This document shows positions 12,909 through 24,035 of a stretch of 64,000 nt of DNA, in pieces (within the stretch, counting starts at the first letter, position 1; each line of letters opens with the position of its first letter). This DNA comes from an uncultured delta proteobacterium. Its GTDB lineage: Bacteria; Myxococcota; Myxococcia; SLRQ01. A program made the translations under genes and the position numbers. Under the pieces are notes generated by a model that saw only the letters and a program-made list of their open reading frames with translations, had not been told where the DNA came from and made no database searches. The DNA is taken from NCBI GenBank assembly GCA_963727485.1, contig CAVSGM010000003.1:544001-608000 (forward strand), in the 5' to 3' direction.

Positions 12909-12968
12909 GCCGGGGGCTACTGGGTGCGCCCGCAGTAGCCCTGGAAGGTGTAGATTGCGGCGAGGGGG

Positions 12969-13780
12969 TCAGGGGCGACTGCTGGAAGTCCCCCTTGTCG
13001 TCGTTGAGGATGGTGTAGGAGACCGCCCACGGTGACCAGAGTCACAGCCGCCGTAGAAGTTGGGGACCACCCAGGCGGCGCACAGGCCCAGGGAGTCGAG
13101 CATCCCAGGCCGCCCTGGGTGAACTGGCGCTGCTGGAAGGCGTCGCTCCATGGTCAGGAACACCGGCCGGCCGTCGACGGTGGGCGGGGAGGGTGGAGAC
13201 GGCTGCGACCTGGGTCGCCTGGGATGCGCGAAGGTGAGGGCGGCGAAGGCCTGGGCGCTCGAGAGGTCGACGAGGGGCCCGACATCGGGTCCGAACGTGC
13301 CGTGGAGGCCCTGGTCGACGTAGCCGCCGGTGAGGTTCTGGGTCATGGGCCCGACGAAGCTGCACTTGAACACCCCGTAGGTCCCGGGGATGCCCATAGG
13401 CGTCGATGGCCTTGAACAGCTGGAGGTAGGTGCCCGAGCCGGCGGCGGTGACGTCGGTGTAGCCGGCCTTCTTCAGGTTCGCGAGGGCGGTCGCCGGGTC
13501 GTCGGCGCAGGGGAGGCTGCGGGTGATGACGTGGCCCCGAGGTTCGCCTCCGACGCCGCCAGCAGGGTGCCCGCCGGGAGCTTCTGGGGGTCGGGGAGGC
13601 TGCCCAGGTCCTTCTGGTCGTAGGCCGCGTGGACGACCTGCGCCGCGGTGAACGTGCCGCCGCACGCCGAGAGGGAAACGGTCTCGAGCTTCTTGTAGTC
13701 CGGCGGCGTCGCACCGCAGGCGGCCAGGCTGGCCAGCGGCGAGACAGGAGCGGCAGGGCCCTGCGCATGGGACTCACCAT
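12969..13780 (-). CDS. hypothetical lipoprotein (multiple frameshifts)
   Basis: MRRALPLL...LAAC lipobox; coding-like segments in three frames ending DKGDFQQSP*. Confidence 0.5.
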
Positions 13781-13800
13781 AGTGCTTCCCGGCCCCGGCG

Positions 13801-14893
13801 TCAGGCCCCGGCGTCACCGGCGGGGATCCCGGCGAGGGCGAGGACCTTCCGGGCCAGGGTCGAGAGGGGCACGGCGTCGACGCCGCCTCGGGGATCCAGC
13901 GCCGCGCCTCGTAGCAGCCGGCCTCGGTGGGCGGCCCCCGGCGGCGGGGGGCGACCTCGAGGGCGAAGACCTCGAGCTTCAGCTCGATGTGGGTGAACAC
14001 GTGGGTCACCGTGCCCAGGCGGCGGCCGGCGCGGGCGGCGGCCTCGGGGACCCGGGGCGGCTCCCAGAGGCCCCCGAGGAGGCCCGTGGCCGGGCGCCGG
14101 GCGAGGAGGACCCGATCCGCCCGGGTGGCCACGGCGCAGAAGGCCCGCTCCCGCCGGCGCCGGGGGCGGCGGGCCACCTGGGGGAGCTCGGCCTCGCGGC
14201 CCTGGCGCCGGGCGAGGCAGGACGCCGACACCGGGCACAGGAGGCAGGCGGGGCCGGTGGGGGTGCACACGGTGGCGCCGAGCTCCATCAGGGCCTGGTT
14301 CAGCGCCGAGGGATCGCCCCCGGTCTCGACCAGGGCCCCGGCCCGGGCCCAGAGGGCGGCCTTCACCGGCTCCGGACGCCGGATCGCCCTCGAGGGCGTC
14401 GAGGCGCGAGAGGACGCGGATGACGTTCCCGTCGACCAGCGGGCACCGGGTCGCCGAAGGCGATGGAGCGGATGGCCCCGAGGGTGTAGGGGCCGACACC
14501 CGGGAGGGCGGCGAGGGCCGCCGGGTCCCGGGGGACCACGCCGCGGTGATCCCGGGCCACCGCCTGGGCGGCCCGGTGGAGGTTGCGGCACCGGGCGTAG
14601 TAGCCCAGGCCCGACCAGTGGCCGAGGACCGTCTCCAGGTCGGCGGCGGCGAGGTCGGCGACGGTGGGGAAGGCGGCCATCCACCGGTGGTAGTAGGGCA
14701 CCACCGTGGCCACCTGGGTCTGCTGGAGCATGATTTCGCTGACCCAGACACCGGTAGGGCCCGGTGACCGGGTCGGCGGCGTCCCGGCGCCAGGGGAGGT
14801 CCCGGGCGTGGCCGGCGGTACCAGCGGACCAGTGGCGGCGGCGCAGGGCGTCGGCGGCGGCGGGGGCCTCTGCCGGACCGGCGGCCGGGTCAC
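13801..14893 (-). CDS. mutY: A/G-specific adenine glycosylase (frameshifted)
   Basis: [57 protein letters not shown]6-C-x2-CP-x4-C FeS motif, HVFTH; GTG overlaps the upstream TGA. Confidence 0.92.
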
Positions 14894-16496
14894 CGGCCCT
14901 CGCCGTCGAGCCAGCGGCGCACCTCGTCGCCCACCGCGTAGGTGGTGGGGAGGCGTGGTTCCGTCGACCAGGCGGCAGGTGCCCTGGAGGTCCATCTCGT
15001 ACCCGGCGGCGATGGCGCTCGCGGTCGGCGACCAGCTTCGTGCAGCGCGCTGACCAGGGCGTCCACGTCGGCCCCGGTGGAGTAGACGCCCAGCGAGGCC
15101 CGGACAGCCCCGGGGACGTGGCGCCGGTCGTGGGCCTTCATCTCCGCGCCGGTAGCTGACCTCGGTGCCGGGGTCCACGTGGAGCAGGCGCTTGACGTAG
15201 GGGTGGGCGCAGAAGCACTCGTTGCGCACCGCGATGTCGTGGAAGTCGTTGAGGTAGTGGGCGACCACCGCGTGGTGGAGACCGTCGACGTTGAAGGAGA
15301 CCACGCCGGCGCGGGGCACGGCGTCGAGGTCGGTGCTCCCGTAGACGGTGACGCCCGTCGATGGCGTCGAGCCCCTCGACCAGCCGGCGCACCAGAGCCC
15401 GCCTCGGCCTCGGCGACGGTGTCCATGCCGATGGCCATCAGGGTCTCGGCCACCAGGCCCATGGCGATGGAGCCGAGGATGTTCGGGGTCCCGGCCTCCT
15501 CGCGGGCGGTGACCTGGTCCTTGATCTCGAAGTCCTCGAGGCTCACGTACTCGACCATGCCCCCGCCGACGTCGGTGACGCAGTGGCGGCCGGTGAGGGT
15601 CTGGAGGTTGCCGATGAGGGCGCCGCGGCTCCCCGGGGCGTAGAGCTTGTGGCCCGAGAGCACCAGGTAGTCGAGGCACTCGGCGGCGTCGCCCGGGTGC
15701 ATGTCCACCGGATCGTGGGGCACCCACTGGGCGCCGTCGGCGAGGATCTGGGCGCCGGCGCGCGTGGGCCATCCGGGCGATGCGCGTGGACCGGGTTGTT
15801 GATCCCGGTGACGTTGGAGACGCCGGTGACCGCCACCAGCCGCACCCGCTGGCCCTCCTCGGCGAGGATGCGCTCGAGGTGGGCGAGGTCGAGGGCGCCG
15901 GTGGCGGGATCGATGTCCGACCGCGCGGACGTTGTGGTGGCCCACCGCCTCCATCCAGGGCAGGAGGTTGGAGTGGTGCTCCATCACCGTGGTGACCACC
16001 AGCGGCCGGGCGAGGAGCTCGTCGATGGCCTGGCGGCGCCGCCGGGCCGCAGCGCGGTCTTGAAGGCCTCGACCACCTCGGCGGGGGCGCCCTCGGGGAA
16101 GCGCTTGACCAGCGAGCGGCATCTCCGGCGGGAACAGGGCCCGGGCGAGGAAGTTGATGGCCCCGGTGGCGCCGTTGCCGGTGAACAGACACGACGTCGG
16201 TGTCCGGGCGTGTAGCCGACCAGGCGCCCGATGGCGTCGCGGCTCTCCTCGATGGCGCGGGTGGTGTCGCGGCCGGCGCGGTGGGCCACGGTGTGGCTGT
16301 TGGCGCTCGCCGCCTCGAGGTAGCGCTCGAGGCTCTCCCACACCATCGCGGGGCATCAGCGCGGTGGCGGTGGTGTCGAGGTAGACCCGGCGTCGCTCGC
16401 ACGCGTGTCGCCGCCCGGGCCCACCACGGGGTCCCGGCGGTCGAGCCCGATGAAGTCCCGGGCGAAGCGGTCGAGGAGGGCGCGGCGCGTGTCCAT
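14890..16496 (-). CDS. aminotransferase class V / cysteine desulfurase-like PLP enzyme (frameshifted)
   Basis: [65 protein letters not shown]. Confidence 0.88.
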
Positions 16497-16538
16497 GGGC
16501 TTGCCTCCGAGGCCCGGGCAACCTACACCCGAACGCCG

Positions 16539-19238
16539 ATGGAGACCACGGGCGCCGCGCGGACCCTCGCCGAGGACGTCCGCGCCCTGGGAGACCTCCT
16601 CGGCGAGACCCTCGCCGCCCACGGGGGCGAGGGGCTGCTCGCCGACGTGGAGGAGATGCGCCTGGCCGCCAAGAGCGCCCGGGAGGCCGGGGACGAGGCG
16701 ACCCGCGAGGCGGCCCGGGCCGAGCTCGCCGAGGTGGCCGCCCGCCTCGACGCCTCGCAGGGCCGGCGAGGTGGTGCGCGCCTTCGGCCTCTACTTCCAG
16801 CTGGTCAACCTCGCCGAGGACGTGGCGCGCACCCGGGTCGCTGCGCGCAGCGCGAGGCCGAGGGGCCCGAGGCGGTGGACGAGTCGCTGGCCGCCTGCGT
16901 CGCCGAGCTCCACGCCCGCGGCGCCACCCGGCGACGAGGTCCTCGCCGCCCTCGGCGACCTCCACCTGCGCTTCGTGTTCACCGCCCACCCCACCGAGGC
17001 CAGGCGGCGCACCACCGAGCGGCTCCTGGCGCTGGCGCGCCGGGCCCTGGTGGACCTCGACCGGCGGCGGCTGACCCCCTGGGAGGACCGAGGCGACGCG
17101 CCGGCGCCTCCGGGCGGCGGTGGAGGCCCTGTGGGAGCACGCCGACGAGCGCCACCGCCCCCCGGAGGTCCTCGACGAGGTGCGCACCGGCCTCTGGTAC
17201 TTCGAAACCGTCCTCCTCGACGCCCTCCCGGATCTCCAGCGGCGCCTCGCCGCCGCCGTCGCCGGGCGCTACGGCGAGGTGGACCCGGCCCGCCTCCCGC
17301 TCCCGGTGGGCTTCGGCTCGTGGATGGGCGGCGACCGGGACGGAAACCCCTTCGTCGACGCGGACACCACCGAGGCGGCCCTGCGCCTCCACCGGCGCCT
17401 GGTCCTCGGGCGCTACCTCGACGACCTGGCGGCGCTCGCCGATCCCCTCGCCGCCGCTTCGGCCCGGCTCCCGGCGTCCCGGTCGCTCGACGCCGCCCTC
17501 GACCGCAACCGCCGCGCCCTCGGCGACGCCGCCGCCGCCCTCGGGGCCCGGAACCCCGCCGAGCCCCTGCGCCGGCTCCTCACCTTCATGCGCGCGCGCC
17601 TGGACCGGGCGCGCACCTTCGCCGCCGGGGCCTACCCGGGGCCCGAGGCCTTCCTCGCCGACCTCGACGCGGTGCGGGCCACCCTGCGCCGGGCCCGGGC
17701 GCAAGGCGCTGCCCGACGACGCCCTCCTCGACCTCATCCTCCGGGTGCGGGGCTTCGGCTTCGCCCTGGTGGCCCTCGACCTCCGGGAGGACGCCCGGGT
17801 CCACCGGCGGGTGGTCGCCGAGCTCCTCGGCGAGGCCGGGTACCTCGAGTGGGACGACGCGAGGCGCCGGGAGGCCCTCGCTGGCCCTGCGCCTCCCCGA
17901 CGATCCCGCCGGCCTCACCGACGAGGCCCGCCGGCTCCTCGCCCTCTTCGCGCAGCCTCGCCGACCAGCAGGCCCGCTACGGTCCGGCGGCGGTGAGCAC
18001 CTACGCCATCAGCCACTGCGAGTCGGTCACCGACGTCCTCGAGGTCCACCGCCTCGCCGCCCTCCACGGCGTCGACGCCGTGGACGTGGTGCCGCTCCTG
18101 GAGTCGAGCCACGCCCTGGCCACCGCCGGCGAGCTCCTCGGCGCGATCCTCGACGATCCGGCCTACCGGGCCCACGTGGCGCGGCGCGGGGATCTCCAGG
18201 AGGTCCTCCTCGGCTACTCCGACTCGGCGAAGGAGGCGGGGATCGCCGCCAGCCGGGTGGGGATCCTCGAGGCCCAGCTCGCCGCCGCCGGGGCCTGCGG
18301 CACCCGGGGGGTGCGCCTGCGCCTCTTCCACGGCCGCGGGGGCTCGGTGAGCCGGGGCGGCGGGCCCACCCACCGGGCCCTCCGCGCCCTGCCCCGGGGG
18401 GCGTTCTCCGGCGACCTGAAGGTCACCGAGCAGGGCGAGACCCGGGCCTTCCACTTCGGCGACCCGGGCCTCGCCAGCCGCTACCTCGAGCGCACCGTGG
18501 GCGCGGCGCTGGTGGTCCGCTTCGAGGCGCGCACCGGCGCCGGCACCGGCCCCACCGCCGGCGAGCCCCACCTCCTGGCCCTCGCCGCCGCCAGCCGCGC
18601 CGCGTTTCGCCGCCTGGTCGAGGCCGAGGGCTTCGTCGCGTTCTTCCGGGAGGCGACGCCGCTGGCCGAGAATCGCCGCCCTCAACATCGGCAGCCGCCC
18701 GGCCCGGCGCGGGGGCGACCGGGCGCTGGACAACCTGCGCGCCATCCCCTGGGTCTTCGCCTGGAGCCAGTCGCGGCTCCTGGTCCCCGCCTGGTTCGGG
18801 GTGGGCGCCGGCCTCGAGGCCCTCGCCGCCGGCGACGGAGGCCTCGCGGCCCTCACCGGCCTCTACGCCCGCAGCCCCTTCTTCCAGGACCTGATGGACA
18901 ACGTCCACATGGCGCTGGCCAAGACCGACGTCCCCATCGCCACCCGCTACGCCGCCCTCTGCCCCGACCCCGACCGCCGCCAGCGGATCTTCGGCGCCAT
19001 CCTCGAGGAGCACGCCCGCACCGTGCGCCTGGTCCTCGCGGTCACCGGCCAGGCCGAGCTCCTGGGCGAGGATCCGGTGGTGCAGCGCTCGGTGCGCCTG
19101 CGCAACCCCTATGTCGATCCGCTCTCCTACCTCCAGGTGGAGGCCCTGCGCCGGAGCCGCGCCGGGGACGCGGCCTTCGCGGCGGTGGCGCGCAGCGCGG
19201 TGCGGGGGATCGCCGGGGGCCTGCGGAACACCGGGTGA
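16539..19238 (+). CDS. ppc: phosphoenolpyruvate carboxylase (frameshifted)
   Basis: VFTAHPTEA, GSWMGGDRDGNP, GYSDSAKEAG, FHGRGGSVSRGGGP, TEQGE, LRAIPWVFAWSQ, C-terminal GLRNTG. Confidence 0.94.
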
Positions 19239-19289
19239 GGGCCCGGGGCCGGTGGAGCCCGGGGCCGCCGGTGGGGTAGCCTCTCGGGG

Positions 19290-20468
19290 ATGGCCCGCCC
19301 GACCCTCCGCCAATCCGCCGTCGTCGCCGGCGCCGTGCTCCTCGCCCTGGCCGGGGCCGGGGCCGCCCCCGCCGCCGACCCCCCGCCGCCGCGGACCCCG
19401 GCGGGCCTCCTCTCGGCCCTGGCCCAGTGCCGGGCCAACGAGGACTACGCCTGCGTCGACCGGCTCCTCACCGGCAGCGAGCTCATCACCCGCGTCGCCC
19501 GGGCGAAGCTCCGGGCCCCGGGCGGAGCCTCGGACCCGGATTTCCTCCCGGCCCTCCTCGCCAACGCCGACGCCGGGGGCCGTCGCCGCTTCCTCACCCT
19601 CCTCAAGGGGCCCCTGGACCAGTGCGACATGGCCCTGTCGCTGGCCGCAGAGGCCCTGTGCCACGTCCAGGGCCAGGGGCGAAGGGCGCCCCCGGAGCGC
19701 GACGTCGCCGGCCTCCCGGCCAAGGCCCGCGCCGCCCTCGAAGGCCTCGACCGCCACCTCGGCGCCGGGCTGCGCCACCGCCGGGTGCGGCGCCTGGTCT
19801 GCGGCCCCTACGCCGACCTCTCCGGGACCTTCCGCTTCGCCGCGGCCACCCTGGTCCTCGCCGATTGCCCGGGGACCGGGCCCACGATCCTCGACCTGGC
19901 CTGCCACACCCTGAACGCCGGCGGGCCCACCCACCGGACGCCGGTGCCCCTGGCCAAGGTGGTCGAGGCGCCGGACTCGGAGGCGGTGGTCGCCGCCGTC
20001 GACCGGGGGCTGCACTGCCTCGAGGACGGCGGGCGCGGCTGCCTCGACGCCGTCGCGCCCTTCGGCCGGCTCCTCCACGCCTGGCTGGTCAGCGCCCTCG
20101 ACGCCGACCGCGCCGACCGGGAGGCCGCCCTCACCCGGGCCCGGGGCCTGGTCGCCGGTGATCCCGGCGATCGCGCCAGCTTCCTCCTCCACCAGCTCCA
20201 GGTCCGCTGCGGTGACCTCACCCGCCTCACCGCCGGCGACTGCCGGGCCGGCGCCGCCACCCCCGCGCCCGCGGCGCCCCCCCTGCCCCGGCGCCTCGGC
20301 CCCTCCGAGGCCGCCCGGGCCCGGGCCCTCGAGGCGCTCGCCGGCGCCCGGGCCCCCACCGGCCCCCTGGAGGTCCGCCACCTCGCCTGCGGGGACCTCC
20401 GGGCCACGGTGACCCTGGTCCGCCCCACAGGTGGCCTCCCGGCGCTCGTCGATCTCACCTGTCGCTAG
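19290..20468 (+). CDS. secreted Cys-rich hypothetical protein with two tandem homologous domains
   Basis: Intact 392-aa ORF with signal peptide and duplicated Cys pattern. Confidence 0.7.
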   Translation: MARPTLRQSAVVAGAVLLALAGAGAAPAADPPPPRTPAGLLSALAQCRANEDYACVDRLLTGSELITRVARAKLRAPGGASDPDFLPALLANADAGGRRRFLTLLKGPLDQCDMALSLAAEALCHVQGQGRRAPPERDVAGLPAKARAALEGLDRHLGAGLRHRRVRRLVCGPYADLSGTFRFAAATLVLADCPGTGPTILDLACHTLNAGGPTHRTPVPLAKVVEAPDSEAVVAAVDRGLHCLEDGGRGCLDAVAPFGRLLHAWLVSALDADRADREAALTRARGLVAGDPGDRASFLLHQLQVRCGDLTRLTAGDCRAGAATPAPAAPPLPRRLGPSEAARARALEALAGARAPTGPLEVRHLACGDLRATVTLVRPTGGLPALVDLTCR

Positions 20469-20507
20469 AGGCGCCCGGCGCCGCGCACCCCCAGGAGGCC
20501 GGCCGCC

Positions 20508-21342
20508 TCACCCGAGGACGTGGTGCCGGTGGCTCGGGATCTCCCCGCGCACCGCCTCGAGCCACGCCGGGTCGACCTCGGCCAGCGCCAGCCCCTCGGC
20601 GCGGTCCGGCGCCCGGGCGAGGACCTTCCCCCAGGGGTCCGCGACCAGGGCGTTGCCGTAGGTCACCCGCTTCTCCGAGTGGCGCCCGAACTGCGCCGGC
20701 GCCGCCACGTAGCACCCGTTCTCGATGGCCCGGGCCCGGAGCAGCACCTCCCAGTGGTCCTTGCCGGTGTGGAGGGTGAAGGCCGCCGGGACCCAGAGGA
20801 GCCGGGCGCCGGCGCGCTCGAGGCGCTGGTAGAGCTCGGGGAAGCGCAGGTCGTAGCAGACGGTGAGGCCGTGGGTGACGCCGGCGGCCTCGCCGGTGAC
20901 GACCTCGGTGCCGGGGGCGATGTGCCCACTCTCCCGGTAGACCGAGCCGTCGGCGAGGTCCACGTCGAAGAGGTGGATTTTCCGGTACACCGCCCGGAGC
21001 TCGCCCTCGGCGTCGACGAGGACCGAGGTGTTGTGGACCCGCGCCGGATCGGCGGTGCGCTCCGGGAAGGTCCCCCCGGAGGATCACCAGCCCCGTCTCC
21101 CGGGCGAGCGCCCGCAGCCTCGCCACCGTGGGGCCCTCGAGGTCCTCGGCGAGGCCGGGTTTGTCCCCCTCGGGGCCCATGTAGCTGAAGTTCTCCGGGA
21201 GCCCGGCGACGGCGGCGCCCCGGGCCCGGGCGGCCCGGAGGAGGTCCGCGGCCCGATTGAGGTCGCGGCCCATGTCGGGCCCCGAGGACATCTGGATGGC
21301 GGCGACGACGATGGGGCTTGCGGTGTCCGGCTTCTGGGGCAT
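20508..21342 (-). CDS. carbon-nitrogen hydrolase (Nit1-like amidase; one frameshift)
   Basis: Catalytic triad in LPENF, YRKIHLFD and VCYDLRFPE; HWEVLLRARAIEN. Confidence 0.92.
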
Positions 21343-21395
21343 GATTCCCTCCTCCCCCGTGGTTATAGAGGAGGCCGGCCGAAGGGCCAGAGGTC

Positions 21396-21424
21396 TTGCG
21401 ACCTCCGGGGGGGCGTGGTAGAGA
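21396..21424 (+). promoter_or_regulatory. sigma70-type promoter of the rimP operon
   Basis: TTGCGA-17 bp-TAGAGA with extended TG. Confidence 0.55.
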
Positions 21425-21451
21425 CACCCTGCATTTTCGGTAGGTTGTTCC

Positions 21452-21488
21452 GAAAGTGGGCGCGGTCCGGCCCGCTTTTCTTTTTTCT
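21452..21488 (+). promoter_or_regulatory. rimP leader attenuator / intrinsic terminator hairpin
   Basis: AAAGTGGGC-loop-GCCCGCTTT followed by a U-tract, just before rimP. Confidence 0.75.
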
Positions 21489-21500
21489 GTACGCGAGCTT

Positions 21501-21998
21501 ATGTCCAAGCAGACCCGAGAGGTGGAACGACGTGTCTGGGCCCTCCTCGAGCCAGTGATGGCCGTGGACGGGTATGAGCTCGTGGAAGTCGAGTACGTCT
21601 TCGAGGAAGGTCGGGCGGTCCTGCGCATCTACATCGACAAGTCAGAGGGCGCGATCACCCTGGCGGACACCACCGCGGTGACCCACCTGGTGGACCCGGT
21701 CCTCGACGTCGAGGATCCCATCGACCACGCCTACACCCTCGAGGTGTCGAGCCCGGGGCTCGACCGGCCCCTGCGCAAGCCCGAGCACTTCTCGCGCTTC
21801 GCCGGGGAGCAGGTGCGCATCCGCACCGAGAAGAAGCTCGAAGAGGCCGGCAACCGCCGGAACTTCAACGGAATCCTGAAGGGTTACCACGACGGACTGG
21901 TGACGGTCGACGTGGACGGGACCCTCTTTGACGTACCCCACGCGGCCATCATCCGGGCCACCGTGGCGTACCAGTTCGACGAGGAGCACCAGCGATGA
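21501..21998 (+). CDS. rimP: ribosome maturation factor RimP
   Basis: GYELVEVEY...LRIYIDK...[20 protein letters not shown]. Confidence 0.95.
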   Translation: MSKQTREVERRVWALLEPVMAVDGYELVEVEYVFEEGRAVLRIYIDKSEGAITLADTTAVTHLVDPVLDVEDPIDHAYTLEVSSPGLDRPLRKPEHFSRFAGEQVRIRTEKKLEEAGNRRNFNGILKGYHDGLVTVDVDGTLFDVPHAAIIRATVAYQFDEEHQR

Positions 21999-22015
21999 CG
22001 CCGGGCGGAGTAAAC

Positions 22016-23728
22016 ATGAACCTGATCCTCGATCAGGTCGCCAAGGAGAAGGGCGTCGAGCGGGGCGTCCTGGTGGAGACCCTGGAGCAGGCGATCCGGA
22101 CCGCCGCCCTCAAGACCTTCGGGCTCGATCGCGAGATCGAGGCCCAGTACAACGAGGACAAGGGCGTCGTCGAGGTCTTCCAGGCCCTCACCGTGGCCGC
22201 CGAGGTCACCGACCCGGTGAACCAGATCACGGTACAGGAGGCCCAGGAGAAGGGCATCGACGCCGAGCCCGGTGACGAGCTCCTCTTCCAGATCTTCTAC
22301 CGCGAGGAAGACAACGAGGAGGCCCGGATCCAGGACGAGCGCTACGGCGACATCCTCAAGATCCAGACCCACCGCCGTGCCTTCGGTCGCATCGCCGCCC
22401 AGACCGCCAAGCAGGTCATCATCCAGCGGGTGCGCGACGCCGAGCGCGAGAACGTCTTCCAGCAGTTCCGCGACTACCAGGGCACGCTGATGACCGGCGT
22501 GGTGCGCCGCTTCGAGCGGGGCAACATCGTGGTCGAGATCGACCGGATCGGGAACAACACCGCCGAGGCGGTGCTCCCGGTCCGCGAGCAGGTGCCCCGG
22601 GAGAGCTACCGCGCCGGCGACCGCATCCAGGCCTTCGTCCTGGAGGTGCTCCGGGAGGCCAAGGGCCCCCAGATCATCCTCTCGCGGGCCAGCGAGCACC
22701 TCCTGGTGAAGCTCTTCGAGATGGAGGTCCCCGAGATTTACGAGGGGATCGTCTCCATCGTCCGCGCCGCCCGCGAGCCCGGGGGCCGGGCCAAGATCGC
22801 CGTGGCCAGCCGCGACGCCCAGGTCGACCCCGTCGGGGCCTGCGTGGGCATGAAGGGCAGCCGGGTCCAGGCGGTGGTCCAGGAGCTCCGGGGCGAGAAG
22901 ATCGACATCGTCCCCTACGACGAGGATCCCGCGCGCTTCGTCTGCGCCGCCCTGGCGCCCGCCGAGGTCACCCGGGTGCTCATCGACGAGGCCAACCGGG
23001 CGATGGAGATCATCTGCCCCGACGACCAGCTCTCGCTGGCCATCGGCCGCAAGGGCCAGAACGTGCGCCTGGCGGCGAAGCTCACCGGGTGGAAGCTCGA
23101 CATCAACTCGGAGACCCGCGCCGAGGAGATGCGCGACTTCGCCGACGAGTCCCTGGGGGCCGTCGCCGGGGTGGATCCCGAGCTCATCGAGGTCCTCTAC
23201 GCCCACGGCTTCCGCCGCTCCTCGGACATCGCCGACGCCAACTCCGAGGTGCTCGAGCAGATCCCCGGGGTGAAGCCGGAGATGGTCGAGCAGATGCAGG
23301 CGACCGCCCGGGAGCAGGCCATCAAGGACGCGGCCCGGGAGGCCGAGCTCGAGCGCGAGCGCGAGGAGGCCCGCCAGCGCGAGCTGCGGCGCCACCCCGA
23401 CGAGCTCAACCAGAAGGAGCGCATGACCCGGGTGCGCGGCATCGGCGACCGGACCATCGACCAGCTCTCCCAGGGCGGGTACAACACCGTCGAGGATTCG
23501 GTGAACGAGGCCGACCCCATCAAGCTCGGCGAGTCCACCGGGGTGGGCCTGAAGAAGGCGCGGCAGCTGAAGACCGCCGCCGCCAACTACATCGAGGAAG
23601 AGAAGCGGCTGCGCGAGGAGCTCGACGCCGAGAAGGCGGCGGGCGGCGGGGCCGCCACAGGGACCGAGGCACCCGAGGCAGCCGCCCCGGAGGCGCCCGC
23701 GGCGGAGGCCGCGGATCAGCCGGTGTAG
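22016..23728 (+). CDS. nusA: transcription termination/antitermination factor NusA
   Basis: [66 protein letters not shown] after GGAG (alternative start 21995). Confidence 0.97.
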   Translation: MNLILDQVAKEKGVERGVLVETLEQAIRTAALKTFGLDREIEAQYNEDKGVVEVFQALTVAAEVTDPVNQITVQEAQEKGIDAEPGDELLFQIFYREEDNEEARIQDERYGDILKIQTHRRAFGRIAAQTAKQVIIQRVRDAERENVFQQFRDYQGTLMTGVVRRFERGNIVVEIDRIGNNTAEAVLPVREQVPRESYRAGDRIQAFVLEVLREAKGPQIILSRASEHLLVKLFEMEVPEIYEGIVSIVRAAREPGGRAKIAVASRDAQVDPVGACVGMKGSRVQAVVQELRGEKIDIVPYDEDPARFVCAALAPAEVTRVLIDEANRAMEIICPDDQLSLAIGRKGQNVRLAAKLTGWKLDINSETRAEEMRDFADESLGAVAGVDPELIEVLYAHGFRRSSDIADANSEVLEQIPGVKPEMVEQMQATAREQAIKDAAREAELEREREEARQRELRRHPDELNQKERMTRVRGIGDRTIDQLSQGGYNTVEDSVNEADPIKLGESTGVGLKKARQLKTAAANYIEEEKRLREELDAEKAAGGGAATGTEAPEAAAPEAPAAEAADQPV

Positions 23729-23741
23729 GGGGACGCCCACC

Positions 23742-24029
23742 TTGGGCCCCTCCCTTCGAACCTGCATTGGCTGCAATCACAAGGACTTGAAGAAGAAGCT
23801 GTTGAGACTCGTTCGTGACACAGACGGAGCCATCCACGTCGACCCCGGGGCACGCCTCCCCGGTCGCGGCGCCTACGTGCACCCCCGCACGCGGTGCCTC
23901 GACCCGGGACTCACGGCGGCCCGGCTCGCCCGCGCCTTCCGGGGCCGGGTGTCGGTCGGCGAGGGGCTCGTGGACGCGGCGCGGGACGCCGCGGCGATTG
24001 CGTTGACGGACGGACAGCAGGACGGGTGA
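23742..24029 (+). CDS. ylxR: YlxR/DUF448 RNA-binding protein
   Basis: RTCIGC...LLRLV...PGRGAYVHP; position between nusA and infB. Confidence 0.88.
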   Translation: MGPSLRTCIGCNHKDLKKKLLRLVRDTDGAIHVDPGARLPGRGAYVHPRTRCLDPGLTAARLARAFRGRVSVGEGLVDAARDAAAIALTDGQQDG

Positions 24030-24035
24030 CGAGAG

